Shown here in pieces: positions 18,756 to 27,444 of a stretch of DNA of 64,000 nucleotides; the first letter of the stretch is position 1; each line of letters begins with the position of its first letter. This stretch comes from Myxococcota bacterium (GTDB taxonomy: Bacteria; Myxococcota_A; UBA9160; UBA4427), in NCBI GenBank assembly GCA_046583095.1, contig JAYGDB010000048.1, positions 18,865 to 82,864 of the forward strand, written 5' to 3'. The notes under the pieces are model-generated. The model saw only the letters and a list, made by a program, of their open reading frames with translations. It did not search any database and had not been told where the DNA came from. Made by a program: the position numbers and the translations under genes.

Positions 18756-20930
18756 TCAGGGGAAGTCCGGACCGACCACAACGGCTCCAGCACGAACGGC
18801 GCGCTCCTCGACGGTCACCGAGACGGCCCCCCCTCGCGTCCGGACCACGTAAGGGCCCTCCGGCCGGATTCCTGGCGGACCTCCGCGGCTGGCGTGTGCC
18901 AACCGGAGTTCGTAACGACCGGAAGCGTCCGCCTGCGTCGCGGTGCGGTAGCGGCCCCGTCGCCCTCGGTTGCTCTCGTAAGCGAGGGAGGCCTCCACCT
19001 GCGTTCCGGGCGGCGCGCGGCCGACCATCCGCGCGCCTTCCACCCGTTCGAAGATGCGAAACTCGGAACGCCCCGCCGCCAGGTACTCTCCGGCAATTCT
19101 GGACTCGTAGACCAGGCGGTGGTGCTGCAGGCCGGGACTGTCATCGACGCTCATGCGTTTGCGCATGGCCTCCCCAAGCAACCGCTCGGGCGGAACATCC
19201 GGCAGGCTGCGCACGAGCACGTAGCGAGCCCGCAGAGCGTCGAGAATCCGAACCGCATCGGGCTCGCGACTCGCAAAGTAGGCGCTGACGCGTCGGAGAT
19301 TCGCTTCGCCCACGTCATCTCCGAAGTTGCCGACGATCGTCGGCCGTCGTGCCACGTACTTGAGTAGATGTCCGTAGCCCCAGGGTGCCAGCACGCCGTA
19401 CTCGGGCAACGCTGCGGGATCGAGAGGCGACGCGGTAGGCGGCGTACTCTCTCGAAGCCACTCGGCGGCATCGATCAACACGCGGCGCGACAACTCGGAT
19501 TTCGGAACGTGCATGGGCGACCCGACGATCGCGCTGCGCAGATTCTGCAGCGGCAGGCGGTAGCCGCGAAGCGTGGGCCACAACCCGAACAGGACGACCG
19601 CCAGCGCCACGCCCGCAACGGCGACGCGTGGAGACCCCGTGCGCAGCGATTCCGGGCGGAGGCGCCACGAGGCGACAGCCCCCCAAGCGAGCACCAACGC
19701 GAAGGCCGGGGACAGGGAATTGAAGAAGCGGCGCTGGAGCAGCGTCAGGGCGGCCAGCACCAAGGTCCAACCGATGAGGAGGAAGAGCTGAGCTCGCTTC
19801 TCCGAGCGCCGCGCGTGCCAGCCGAGTGCAGCGAGGGCAACGGGCAGCAGGTAGAGGAACCGCGACAGCCGGAGCTCGGCGTGCCAGGTACCCGGACCCT
19901 CCTCCGAGACGAACAGCGGCTTCGACTCCTTCACGAGACCCTGGAAGACCTCGTCCTTCGTGAGCCACTGCCAGGACTCCGAGATCCCCGCGAGCAGATC
20001 GGGGAATGCGACGAAGCTCGCAGCCAGGATCGCGAGGCCGAGCGCGAGCACCTGGCCCGCGCGTGCGCCGACCGCCGACCCGGCGGACGCCCTCGACCAC
20101 AGCAGCAGACAGATCGCCGGGAGCAGAACGCCGGCAAGGAAGAGCCAGGGCTGAAAGTACGAGAGGACGGCGACGCTGAAGGAACTCCAACCGGGGGTCG
20201 GAGTGGCACAAGCCGGCAGCACGAGCGCCAACGCGAGCGCGTTCGTCAAGATCAGGCTTCGGGCTCGGGCCCGGGCATCATCCGAGACGACCATGGCCAC
20301 GAGCAAGGCGACTTCGATCACGCCGACGTGCAACACCATGCCGGGCCAGATCAGCAGTCCAGCTGCCGCGAGTCCGCCCACGACGAGCGCGCGACGCGGG
20401 GTGGCCTGCTCGAGCACCGCCATCGCGGAGGCGAGCAACCCCGTCGAGAGCAGGGCCACCGCAACGTGATGATCGAGGAACCCGATCTGGGAGTACCAGT
20501 AGTGGGCGCCCAGGACGCTCAAGAGCAGCCCCGCGAGGCGTGCCACCGCGAAATCGAACACCCGCTTCGCCAATGCGTAGAGGACGACGACGCAGAGCGC
20601 TCCGAGGACCGGCGGTAGCAGGGTCGCGACGGCCTCCACGACGAACCAATCCGCCACAACATGCACGGGCCAGAGGATCCACGCGACGATGGCGTCGAAG
20701 AGCGGTGGCCAGATGGGCGACCCGCCGGCGGGGAAGTTCACGTAGGGATCGAAGCTGGGGGGCCAGCCACTGTTCGCGAGAGCGACCTGGACGCGACGCA
20801 TGTGATACCAGGCGTCCATTCCGAAGAAGACGACCCGGCCGGACTCGATGGTCGTCGGCCAGGGCAGCAATCGGATGGCCAGGGCGAGTGCGAACAGCCC
20901 GATCGGAGTGAGGAGAGCACGCTTCGCCAC
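18756..20930 (-). CDS. STT3/AglB/PglB-family oligosaccharyltransferase homologue (GT-C)
   Basis: N-terminal GMDAWYHMR..FDPYVNFPAGGSPIWPPLF, a second acidic motif GFLDHH, 13-ish TM segments, and a periplasmic C-domain with APWGYGHLL in place of WWDYG. Confidence 0.8.
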   Translation of the reverse strand: MAKRALLTPIGLFALALAIRLLPWPTTIESGRVVFFGMDAWYHMRRVQVALANSGWPPSFDPYVNFPAGGSPIWPPLFDAIVAWILWPVHVVADWFVVEAVATLLPPVLGALCVVVLYALAKRVFDFAVARLAGLLLSVLGAHYWYSQIGFLDHHVAVALLSTGLLASAMAVLEQATPRRALVVGGLAAAGLLIWPGMVLHVGVIEVALLVAMVVSDDARARARSLILTNALALALVLPACATPTPGWSSFSVAVLSYFQPWLFLAGVLLPAICLLLWSRASAGSAVGARAGQVLALGLAILAASFVAFPDLLAGISESWQWLTKDEVFQGLVKESKPLFVSEEGPGTWHAELRLSRFLYLLPVALAALGWHARRSEKRAQLFLLIGWTLVLAALTLLQRRFFNSLSPAFALVLAWGAVASWRLRPESLRTGSPRVAVAGVALAVVLFGLWPTLRGYRLPLQNLRSAIVGSPMHVPKSELSRRVLIDAAEWLRESTPPTASPLDPAALPEYGVLAPWGYGHLLKYVARRPTIVGNFGDDVGEANLRRVSAYFASREPDAVRILDALRARYVLVRSLPDVPPERLLGEAMRKRMSVDDSPGLQHHRLVYESRIAGEYLAAGRSEFRIFERVEGARMVGRAPPGTQVEASLAYESNRGRRGRYRTATQADASGRYELRLAHASRGGPPGIRPEGPYVVRTRGGAVSVTVEERAVRAGAVVVGPDFP

Positions 20931-20968
20931 GGGCGACAGGATACTCCCGCTCGATCGTTTCGCGTATC

Positions 20969-22366
20969 GTGCCCGAGACGATGGACGGCCGCACAGCCTA
21001 CTCAGCGAGCTTCACCCTTGCGGCCCTCGTTCTGGTCGCAACCGCCCTGCGTCTCCCCGGCCTCTTCACCGACTTCTGGCTGGACGAGATCTGGACCCTG
21101 AAGATCGTTCTCGGCATCGACAGCGGATGGGACATCTTCAGCGAAGTTCGCCACTCGAACAACCACCACCTCAACACCCTCATCTTCTACGTGTTGGGCG
21201 ATCTCGAGCACTGGAGTCTCTATCGCATCCACTCGTTGCTGGCGGGCGTCGCGAGTGTCGCCCTCGCCTTCCGAATCGGTGCGCGGCGAGGAAGCACCGA
21301 AGCTCTCGTGGCCGGCGCGCTGTGTGCGACCTCCTACCTGCTGATCCACTTCTCGTCCGAGGCGCGCGGTTACGCGCTGATGATCTTCTTCGGACTCGCC
21401 TCGTTCTCGTTGCTCGAGGGGTATCCTGACAGTCGGACCTGGCGACGGATCACGCTCTTCTGGATCTGCGCGTGCCTCGGCTTTCTCTCGCACCTGATGT
21501 ACCTGCACGTCTTCGCTGGGGCCGGAGTCTGGATGGCGCTTCGCCTGTGGCGCGCCGGCGATCTCCTTCCGGGCCTCGTGCGGATCTTCGCCGTCCCCGC
21601 CCTCTTCCTGTTCGTGCTCTACTGGTTCGACGTGCGCCTCATGAAGATCGGCGAAGGCCCGGAGCTCGACGCGCTGGAGGTCTTCCTGCGAGCCGCGTCC
21701 TACGCGATCGGCGGCCCCGCCTCGGGACCGCTGCTGACGGGTGTCGCCGTCGCGGCCGTGGTCCTCTTCGGGGGAGCCGTCGCCTGGTGGGCTCGGGCGA
21801 ATCGGGACGAGTGGCTCTTCCTGGCAATCGTGATCTTCGTCTCTCCAACGGTGAGCTTCCTGGTGATGCGCCCAGAGGTCTTTTTCGCGCGGTATTTCCT
21901 GATCAGCACGGTCTTCGGGTTGATCGCGCTGGCGGGGCCCCTCGCCTGGGCACTCGGACGCGCCGGAGTCGCACGGGTCCTGGCAGGCAGCCTGATCGCC
22001 GCGATGTTGCTCGGGAACGGCCTGAACGTGGCGCACTTCTACCGGGACGGCCGCGGCGACTATCTCGACACACTTCGCATGATCGCGGAGTCCGCAGGCA
22101 GCCGTCTGCCGACGGTCGGTAGCGACCACCGGTTCCGGAACCACAGCGTGATCCGGTTCTACAACCGCTACATCCCGGTGGACCGCAGGCTCGTCTACCG
22201 GGATCAGGAGGACTACCCGGATTGGTGGCTCGCGCATCGAATCGGACAACTCGGCGACGTCGCCCAGACACGCGCCGGGGACGGCCGAACCTACGAGCTG
22301 AAGCGCGTGGCCCGCTACTCGGACCTGTCGGGCTGGCACTGGCTCGTCTACCGAAGGGTGGACTGA
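20969..22366 (+). CDS. GT-C membrane glycosyltransferase (ArnT/PMT, family-39-like)
   Basis: Multi-TM protein with an early-loop FTDFWLDEIW (DE motif). Divergent from the STT3 gene across 38 nt. Confidence 0.65.
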   Translation: MPETMDGRTAYSASFTLAALVLVATALRLPGLFTDFWLDEIWTLKIVLGIDSGWDIFSEVRHSNNHHLNTLIFYVLGDLEHWSLYRIHSLLAGVASVALAFRIGARRGSTEALVAGALCATSYLLIHFSSEARGYALMIFFGLASFSLLEGYPDSRTWRRITLFWICACLGFLSHLMYLHVFAGAGVWMALRLWRAGDLLPGLVRIFAVPALFLFVLYWFDVRLMKIGEGPELDALEVFLRAASYAIGGPASGPLLTGVAVAAVVLFGGAVAWWARANRDEWLFLAIVIFVSPTVSFLVMRPEVFFARYFLISTVFGLIALAGPLAWALGRAGVARVLAGSLIAAMLLGNGLNVAHFYRDGRGDYLDTLRMIAESAGSRLPTVGSDHRFRNHSVIRFYNRYIPVDRRLVYRDQEDYPDWWLAHRIGQLGDVAQTRAGDGRTYELKRVARYSDLSGWHWLVYRRVD

Positions 22367-22377
22367 GCCGCGAGCGC

Positions 22378-23451
22378 TTACGCGATCGAGTCGAAGTCCG
22401 ACACACCCGTCTCCACGTCTTCCATCGACTCGAGGATCGTCAGATCGTCCCAAACCGGGATTCCGGCTTCCTTGTACAGTTCGCGACTGCGATCGGTAAT
22501 CGCACCCACGCGCACCAGCGCGGGCATCATCAGATCCTTGAACGAGTGCAACCGGTCGGGGGGCGTCGCCGCGTCGATTCCCGCTGCGCCCATCTCGATC
22601 AGCGACTTGATGAAATCTCCGGGATCGATCCCCACCTTGTCGAGCACAGTCAGGAAGCCCGGATCGGGCGTGCGCGCACCCGTCCCGTCCACGCCGCCCA
22701 TCGAGTCGGACATCATCTTGATGACGTCGAACGCGAACTGGGCGATGTCTTCCTGCTCATCCGGGTGCATCGCCCGAATTGCCTCGCCCACGTAGACGTT
22801 GCCGAACGCTACGTGCCGCGACTCGTCCCGCAGAACGTTCTCGGTGATCTGGCGGAGCAGATCGCAGGTCGTGTCCTTGCGCATGTTGTGGAAGGCGGCG
22901 AGGGCAAGGCCCTCGACGACCATGTTCATTCCAATCGCGATCTTCACCCAGTGATCGGCCTGGAGGGTCGCGTCGATGGTCGCCTTGAGCCACGGCGAGA
23001 TCGGATAGACGTTGGCGAGCTTCTTGATGTAGCGGTCGTACACCTCGACGTGCCGCGCCTCGTCCATGGTCTGGGCGGCGGCGTAGAGCTTGCCCTCGTA
23101 ATCGGGCACCGCGTGGGTCAGCACCGCAGCGGTCATCAGCGCGCCCTGCTCGCCGTGCAGGAACTGAGAGAGCAGATGGGCAGTCGACTCGGCGGTGAAC
23201 AGCTCCTTCTGCGAGGCGGAGAGCTTCGCGAGCAGCGGGATCTTCTCGAACTCGAGTTGGTCGCCACCAACGAGGGGCTTCGAGGGATCGATCTCGAGGC
23301 TCCAATCGATGTCGACATCCGAATCCCACATCATCTTTTTCGACTTGGTGTACAGATTCTTCAGCTTGTCCAGGTGGATCTCGTAATCGAACTGCCAGCA
23401 GATCTGCATCGACGACTCGAGGACGTCGGCCTGTTCCCAATTCGTGCCCAT
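22378..23451 (-). CDS. ferritin-like di-iron carboxylate protein (AurF-like di-iron oxygenase family), paralogue 1
   Basis: ATG 23451 follows GGGAG. Carries the E / ExxH / E / ExxH set: FLHGEQGAL, DEARHVE, VVEGLALAAF, DESRHVAFG. Confidence 0.75.
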   Translation of the reverse strand: MGTNWEQADVLESSMQICWQFDYEIHLDKLKNLYTKSKKMMWDSDVDIDWSLEIDPSKPLVGGDQLEFEKIPLLAKLSASQKELFTAESTAHLLSQFLHGEQGALMTAAVLTHAVPDYEGKLYAAAQTMDEARHVEVYDRYIKKLANVYPISPWLKATIDATLQADHWVKIAIGMNMVVEGLALAAFHNMRKDTTCDLLRQITENVLRDESRHVAFGNVYVGEAIRAMHPDEQEDIAQFAFDVIKMMSDSMGGVDGTGARTPDPGFLTVLDKVGIDPGDFIKSLIEMGAAGIDAATPPDRLHSFKDLMMPALVRVGAITDRSRELYKEAGIPVWDDLTILESMEDVETGVSDFDSIA

Positions 23452-23698
23452 TGCGCGCTCCCTTCGAAGTCCTGAGCTTAGGGGCTTTGCCCCCCCAGCG
23501 ACCAGACCCCCCGCGCTCGCTCGGGAGAACGAAAGCCACGCTGGCGAGGACGAGGCGCGATCGAAGGGTCGCGCCGAGACCGTCAGTAACGCGCGAGTCG
23601 TCGCGCCGGTGTCGCAGCTGACGCCGCCAGCCGATGGCCCGTGTGACTGCCACGAGCGCCTCCCGCGTGCGATACTGAAACCTTGGAGGTGCCCCCCG

Positions 23699-24073
23699 GT
23701 GATCAGCGAAGCCATCCACCACGTCTCGTTTTCCATTCCCGAGCTCGCTCCCGCGCTTCACTTCTATCAGCAGATCCTCGGCTTCGAGCCCCTCGACCGC
23801 CCTTCGATGGGAATCGACGGGGCCTGGCTCCAAGCCGGCAATACCCAGATCCACCTGATCGTCGCGCCCGAGGGCGCCGACGTCGGAAGCAAACCGAGCA
23901 AAACCAATCCGCTCGCGAACCACTGTGCGTTCGCGATCGACGACTACGAGAAGACTCGAGATCGCCTGAAGCAACACGGCCTCGAGATTGTCGAGGCCGG
24001 GGCCGAGCGCGGCCAGATGTGGGTGAGCGACCCTGCCGGGAACGTCCTGGAGTTCATCTCGCCTCGCCCCTGA
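23699..24073 (+). CDS. VOC family protein (glyoxalase/bleomycin-resistance fold)
   Basis: GTG 23699 lies 10 nt after GGAGG. Contains IHHVSFSIPELAPALHFYQQILGF, GNTQIHLI and DPAGNVLEF. Confidence 0.8.
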   Translation: MISEAIHHVSFSIPELAPALHFYQQILGFEPLDRPSMGIDGAWLQAGNTQIHLIVAPEGADVGSKPSKTNPLANHCAFAIDDYEKTRDRLKQHGLEIVEAGAERGQMWVSDPAGNVLEFISPRP

Positions 24074-24093
24074 GGTCCGGGGTCAACAGTACC

Positions 24094-26433
24094 GTGTCGG
24101 ACGACGCCAAGTACGAAGGCCTGATCCTCCAGCCCACCTATCGGGTGCGGAACGGTCGCCCTGTCGTCCAGCTCTTCGGACGCCTGCTCGACGGGCCCGC
24201 ATTCCTGGTCGAAGACGATCGCTTTCGCCCCTACTTCTTCATACGTGCGAGCGAAGCGCATCGCGCCGCCGGCGAGCGCGATGTCCAGGTGCACCGGACC
24301 TCCCTCCGCAACCTGCACGGCGAAGCCATGGCCCAGGTCGTGATGTCTGTACCCTCCGCGGTACCGGCTCTGCGCGATCGCCTGCACGAGCAAGGCGCCG
24401 GCCCGTGTGAAGCGGACATCCGGTTCCCCTACCGATACCTGATCGACCACGGTGTGCGAGCGGCGGTCGAGATCGAGGGCACCTCTCGGAAGCGGGGCGA
24501 CCTCCTCTACTTCCGCAATCCCGAGCTCCGCCCGGGGAGCTGCAGACCCCACCTCTCGAGCCTCTCCCTCGACCTCGAGACGACCCTCGACGCGAGCGCG
24601 ATCTTCTCGGCAGCCTTCGTATACAAGGGCGTCGACGAGACGAGCGTCGAAGAGGTGCACGTCGTCTCGGCGGAGCGCGTCGATCACGAGCACACTCACA
24701 TCCACGACAGCGAGGCCCATCTCCTGGTGACCGTCGCTCGACGAATCCGCGAGCTGGATCCCGATCTGATCCTCGGCTGGAACGTGGTGGAGTTCGATCT
24801 TCGGGTCTTCACCCGTCGCTGTGAGCACCTGGGGCTGCCACCTCGAGAGTGCCAGCTGGGCCGGATCGAAGGTGCGGTCTCCTTCCAGCAGGATCGCAGC
24901 TTCACCAGGCAGAGCCGCGCCGACATCCCGGGACGCATGGTCCTCGACGGCATCCCGCTCGTCCGCGACGCCATGCGGCTGCAGGACTACCGGCTCGAGA
25001 CCGTCGCACGGGCCGTCCTCGGTCGGGGCAAGAAGATCGACCACGAGGCACCCGACGCGGGCCTCGAGATCCAACGCCTCTACCGCGAAGAGCGTGCGGC
25101 GCTCGTCGAGTACAACCTCGAGGACGCCCGACTCGTGGTCGAGATCCTCGAGCACGAAGGATTGCTCGAGCTCGCCCTGGAGCGCAGCCTGCTCTCGGGC
25201 ATGCAACTCGACCGCGTGGGCGCCAGTATCGCGTCCTTCGACCTTCTGTATCTACCCGAGCTTCGGCGCCGAGGGTTCGTGGCCCCGAGCGTCGACTCGT
25301 CGCGCAAGCAGGAGCCCATCCAGGGTGGAGCGCTCCTCGACGCCGTTCCCGGCCTGACCTCGAACGTGGCGGTCTTCGATTTCAAGAGCCTCTACCCGAG
25401 CCTGGTCCGCACCTTCAACCTCGATCCGCTGGCCCTCGCGATGGCGAACGAGTCGGAGCCGGAGACGACCGTCGAAGCCCCGAACGGCGCGCGCTTCTCA
25501 CGTGAGCCCGCCATCCTGCCCGGCGTCATCGAGCGTTTCATGGAACGGCGGGAACTCGCCAAGGCGCGCGGCGACCGGCACGCCGACCAGGCCATCAAGA
25601 TCATGATGAACGCCATGTTCGGCGTCTTCGCCGCGGGGTCCTGCCGCTTCTTCGACCCCCGTGTTGCAAACGCGATCACCGGCTTCGGCCAGCAAACCCT
25701 CGGCTGGACGCGTGACGCGTTCGAGGCCGAAGGCATGAAGGTCGTGTACGGCGATACCGACTCGGTCTTCGTGCAGTTCGACACTCGCGCCGACGGCCCC
25801 AATGCCGCCGAACTTCGCGACCGGGTCGAGAAACAGATCGCTGCGCGTATCCGGGAGCAGTACGGCGTCGAGCCGCTCCTCACCCTGGAGCTGGAGAAGG
25901 TCTACGACCGGCTCTTCCTCCCGCGCGTGCGCGGCGGCGCGCGCACAAGCAAGAAGCGCTATGCGGGCTGGCTGAATGGCGGGCTCGAGATCGTCGGACT
26001 CGAAGCCATTCGGAGGGACTGGCCGGCGGTGGCCGCACGTCTCCAGGAAGGCATGCTCACGCGCCTCTTCTGCGACGACGAGGTAATGCCCTTCGTCAAG
26101 CAGATCGCCCACGAGGTCATGCAGGGAGAGCGCGACGACGAACTCGTCTATGTGAAACGCATCCGAAAGCCGCTCGAGAGCTACACCGCATCGACGCCAC
26201 CCCACGTCCAGGCTGCCCGCAAGGCTGGAGGAACGACGGGGCCCGTCATCCGCTACGTAATCGCACGAACCGGGCCCGAGCCGGTCGTCCCCGGCGGGCC
26301 TATTCCCGGAAACATCGATCGCCGTCACTATCTCGAGCGCGTGCTGAGACCCGTCGCCGACGCCATCCTCGTCGAGATCGGCCACAGTTTCGACGAGGCG
26401 ATGGGACAACCGCGACAACTCGACTTGCTGTGA
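24094..26433 (+). CDS. polB: DNA polymerase II (family B)
   Basis: ExoI LSLDLETT, motif A DFKSLYPS, KIMMNAMFG and motif C YGDTDSVFV. About 779 aa, like E. coli Pol II. There is no ATG near the start, so I chose GTG 24094. Confidence 0.9.
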   Translation: MSDDAKYEGLILQPTYRVRNGRPVVQLFGRLLDGPAFLVEDDRFRPYFFIRASEAHRAAGERDVQVHRTSLRNLHGEAMAQVVMSVPSAVPALRDRLHEQGAGPCEADIRFPYRYLIDHGVRAAVEIEGTSRKRGDLLYFRNPELRPGSCRPHLSSLSLDLETTLDASAIFSAAFVYKGVDETSVEEVHVVSAERVDHEHTHIHDSEAHLLVTVARRIRELDPDLILGWNVVEFDLRVFTRRCEHLGLPPRECQLGRIEGAVSFQQDRSFTRQSRADIPGRMVLDGIPLVRDAMRLQDYRLETVARAVLGRGKKIDHEAPDAGLEIQRLYREERAALVEYNLEDARLVVEILEHEGLLELALERSLLSGMQLDRVGASIASFDLLYLPELRRRGFVAPSVDSSRKQEPIQGGALLDAVPGLTSNVAVFDFKSLYPSLVRTFNLDPLALAMANESEPETTVEAPNGARFSREPAILPGVIERFMERRELAKARGDRHADQAIKIMMNAMFGVFAAGSCRFFDPRVANAITGFGQQTLGWTRDAFEAEGMKVVYGDTDSVFVQFDTRADGPNAAELRDRVEKQIAARIREQYGVEPLLTLELEKVYDRLFLPRVRGGARTSKKRYAGWLNGGLEIVGLEAIRRDWPAVAARLQEGMLTRLFCDDEVMPFVKQIAHEVMQGERDDELVYVKRIRKPLESYTASTPPHVQAARKAGGTTGPVIRYVIARTGPEPVVPGGPIPGNIDRRHYLERVLRPVADAILVEIGHSFDEAMGQPRQLDLL

Positions 26434-26461
26434 CCCCGTTTGTCCCACAGAGTACTAGGGC

Positions 26462-27385
26462 ATGCCGCGAGACACCGACCCGCGGCGCTGTACTCCGCTA
26501 GGACCCATGCCTGAGATCGAGGCCGCCGTTCGCATTGCTGTCGACCGTCCTCTCGCGGACGAGTGGTCGCTCGTTCTCACCTCGCAGGGGATCGAGAATG
26601 CGATTCGGCATACGCCGGAGGGGTTCGCGATCCTGGTGGACGCGGCAGACCTGGATGACGCCGTTCGTTCACTCGACAGCTACGCGCTGGAAAATCCCGG
26701 AACCCCGGCCGCGGCCGAGGAGCCGCAGGACCCGATCGGCGAAGTGGATCGATTCGTGGGCGGATCGCTGGGAGTGCTGATGATCGCGTTCTTCCTGGTC
26801 ACGGGCCCTCGCAATCCGGACGTGGCCTGGTTCGCCGCGGGCAGCGCGGACGCCTCGCGGATCCTGGCCGGAGAGTTCTGGCGAACCGTGACGGCACTGT
26901 GTCTGCACGCCGACCTCAGTCACGTGCTGTCGAACGCGCTCTTCGGCGCACTCTTCGTCGGCGCGGTCTGTGCCGGGTTCGGCCCCGGGGTCGGCGTCGC
27001 CCTGACCCTGGCTGCAGGCGCGGCCGGGAACCTCGTCAACGCGGTCTTCCAGGGCCCGGACCATGTCTCCATCGGCGCCTCGACGGCGGTCTTCGGCGCA
27101 GTCGGCCTACTGGCGGGACGCGCCGTCGCGCAGCGACTTCGCCGGGGCGAACTCGGGCTCCGGATCTGGGTGCCGATCGCAGCGGGTCTGGCGTTGATCG
27201 CGATGCTCGGAACGGGCCAGCGCAGCGACATCTGGGCCCACGGCTTCGGCTTCTTGGCCGGGGGCTTCCTGGGCCTTCCGGCGAGCCTCGCGTGGCCGCA
27301 GCGCGCGGGCCGAAGCCTGCAGTGGGGCACGCTGGGCCTCGCAGTGGTCGTACTGGTTCGGTCCTGGCAATTCGGACTCGGCTGA
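26462..27385 (+). CDS. rhomboid-family intramembrane serine protease with ~110-aa N-terminal cytoplasmic extension
   Basis: LHADLSHVLSN (HxxxxHxxxN), GASTAVFG (GxSxxxxG, catalytic Ser) and AHGFGFLAG (catalytic His). Confidence 0.85.
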   Translation: MPRDTDPRRCTPLGPMPEIEAAVRIAVDRPLADEWSLVLTSQGIENAIRHTPEGFAILVDAADLDDAVRSLDSYALENPGTPAAAEEPQDPIGEVDRFVGGSLGVLMIAFFLVTGPRNPDVAWFAAGSADASRILAGEFWRTVTALCLHADLSHVLSNALFGALFVGAVCAGFGPGVGVALTLAAGAAGNLVNAVFQGPDHVSIGASTAVFGAVGLLAGRAVAQRLRRGELGLRIWVPIAAGLALIAMLGTGQRSDIWAHGFGFLAGGFLGLPASLAWPQRAGRSLQWGTLGLAVVVLVRSWQFGLG

Positions 27386-27444
27386 GTGCTTCGTCGGCAG
27401 CTGCCTGCAGATCGGATCGCGGGCGTTAGACTCCCCTCCTTCCC

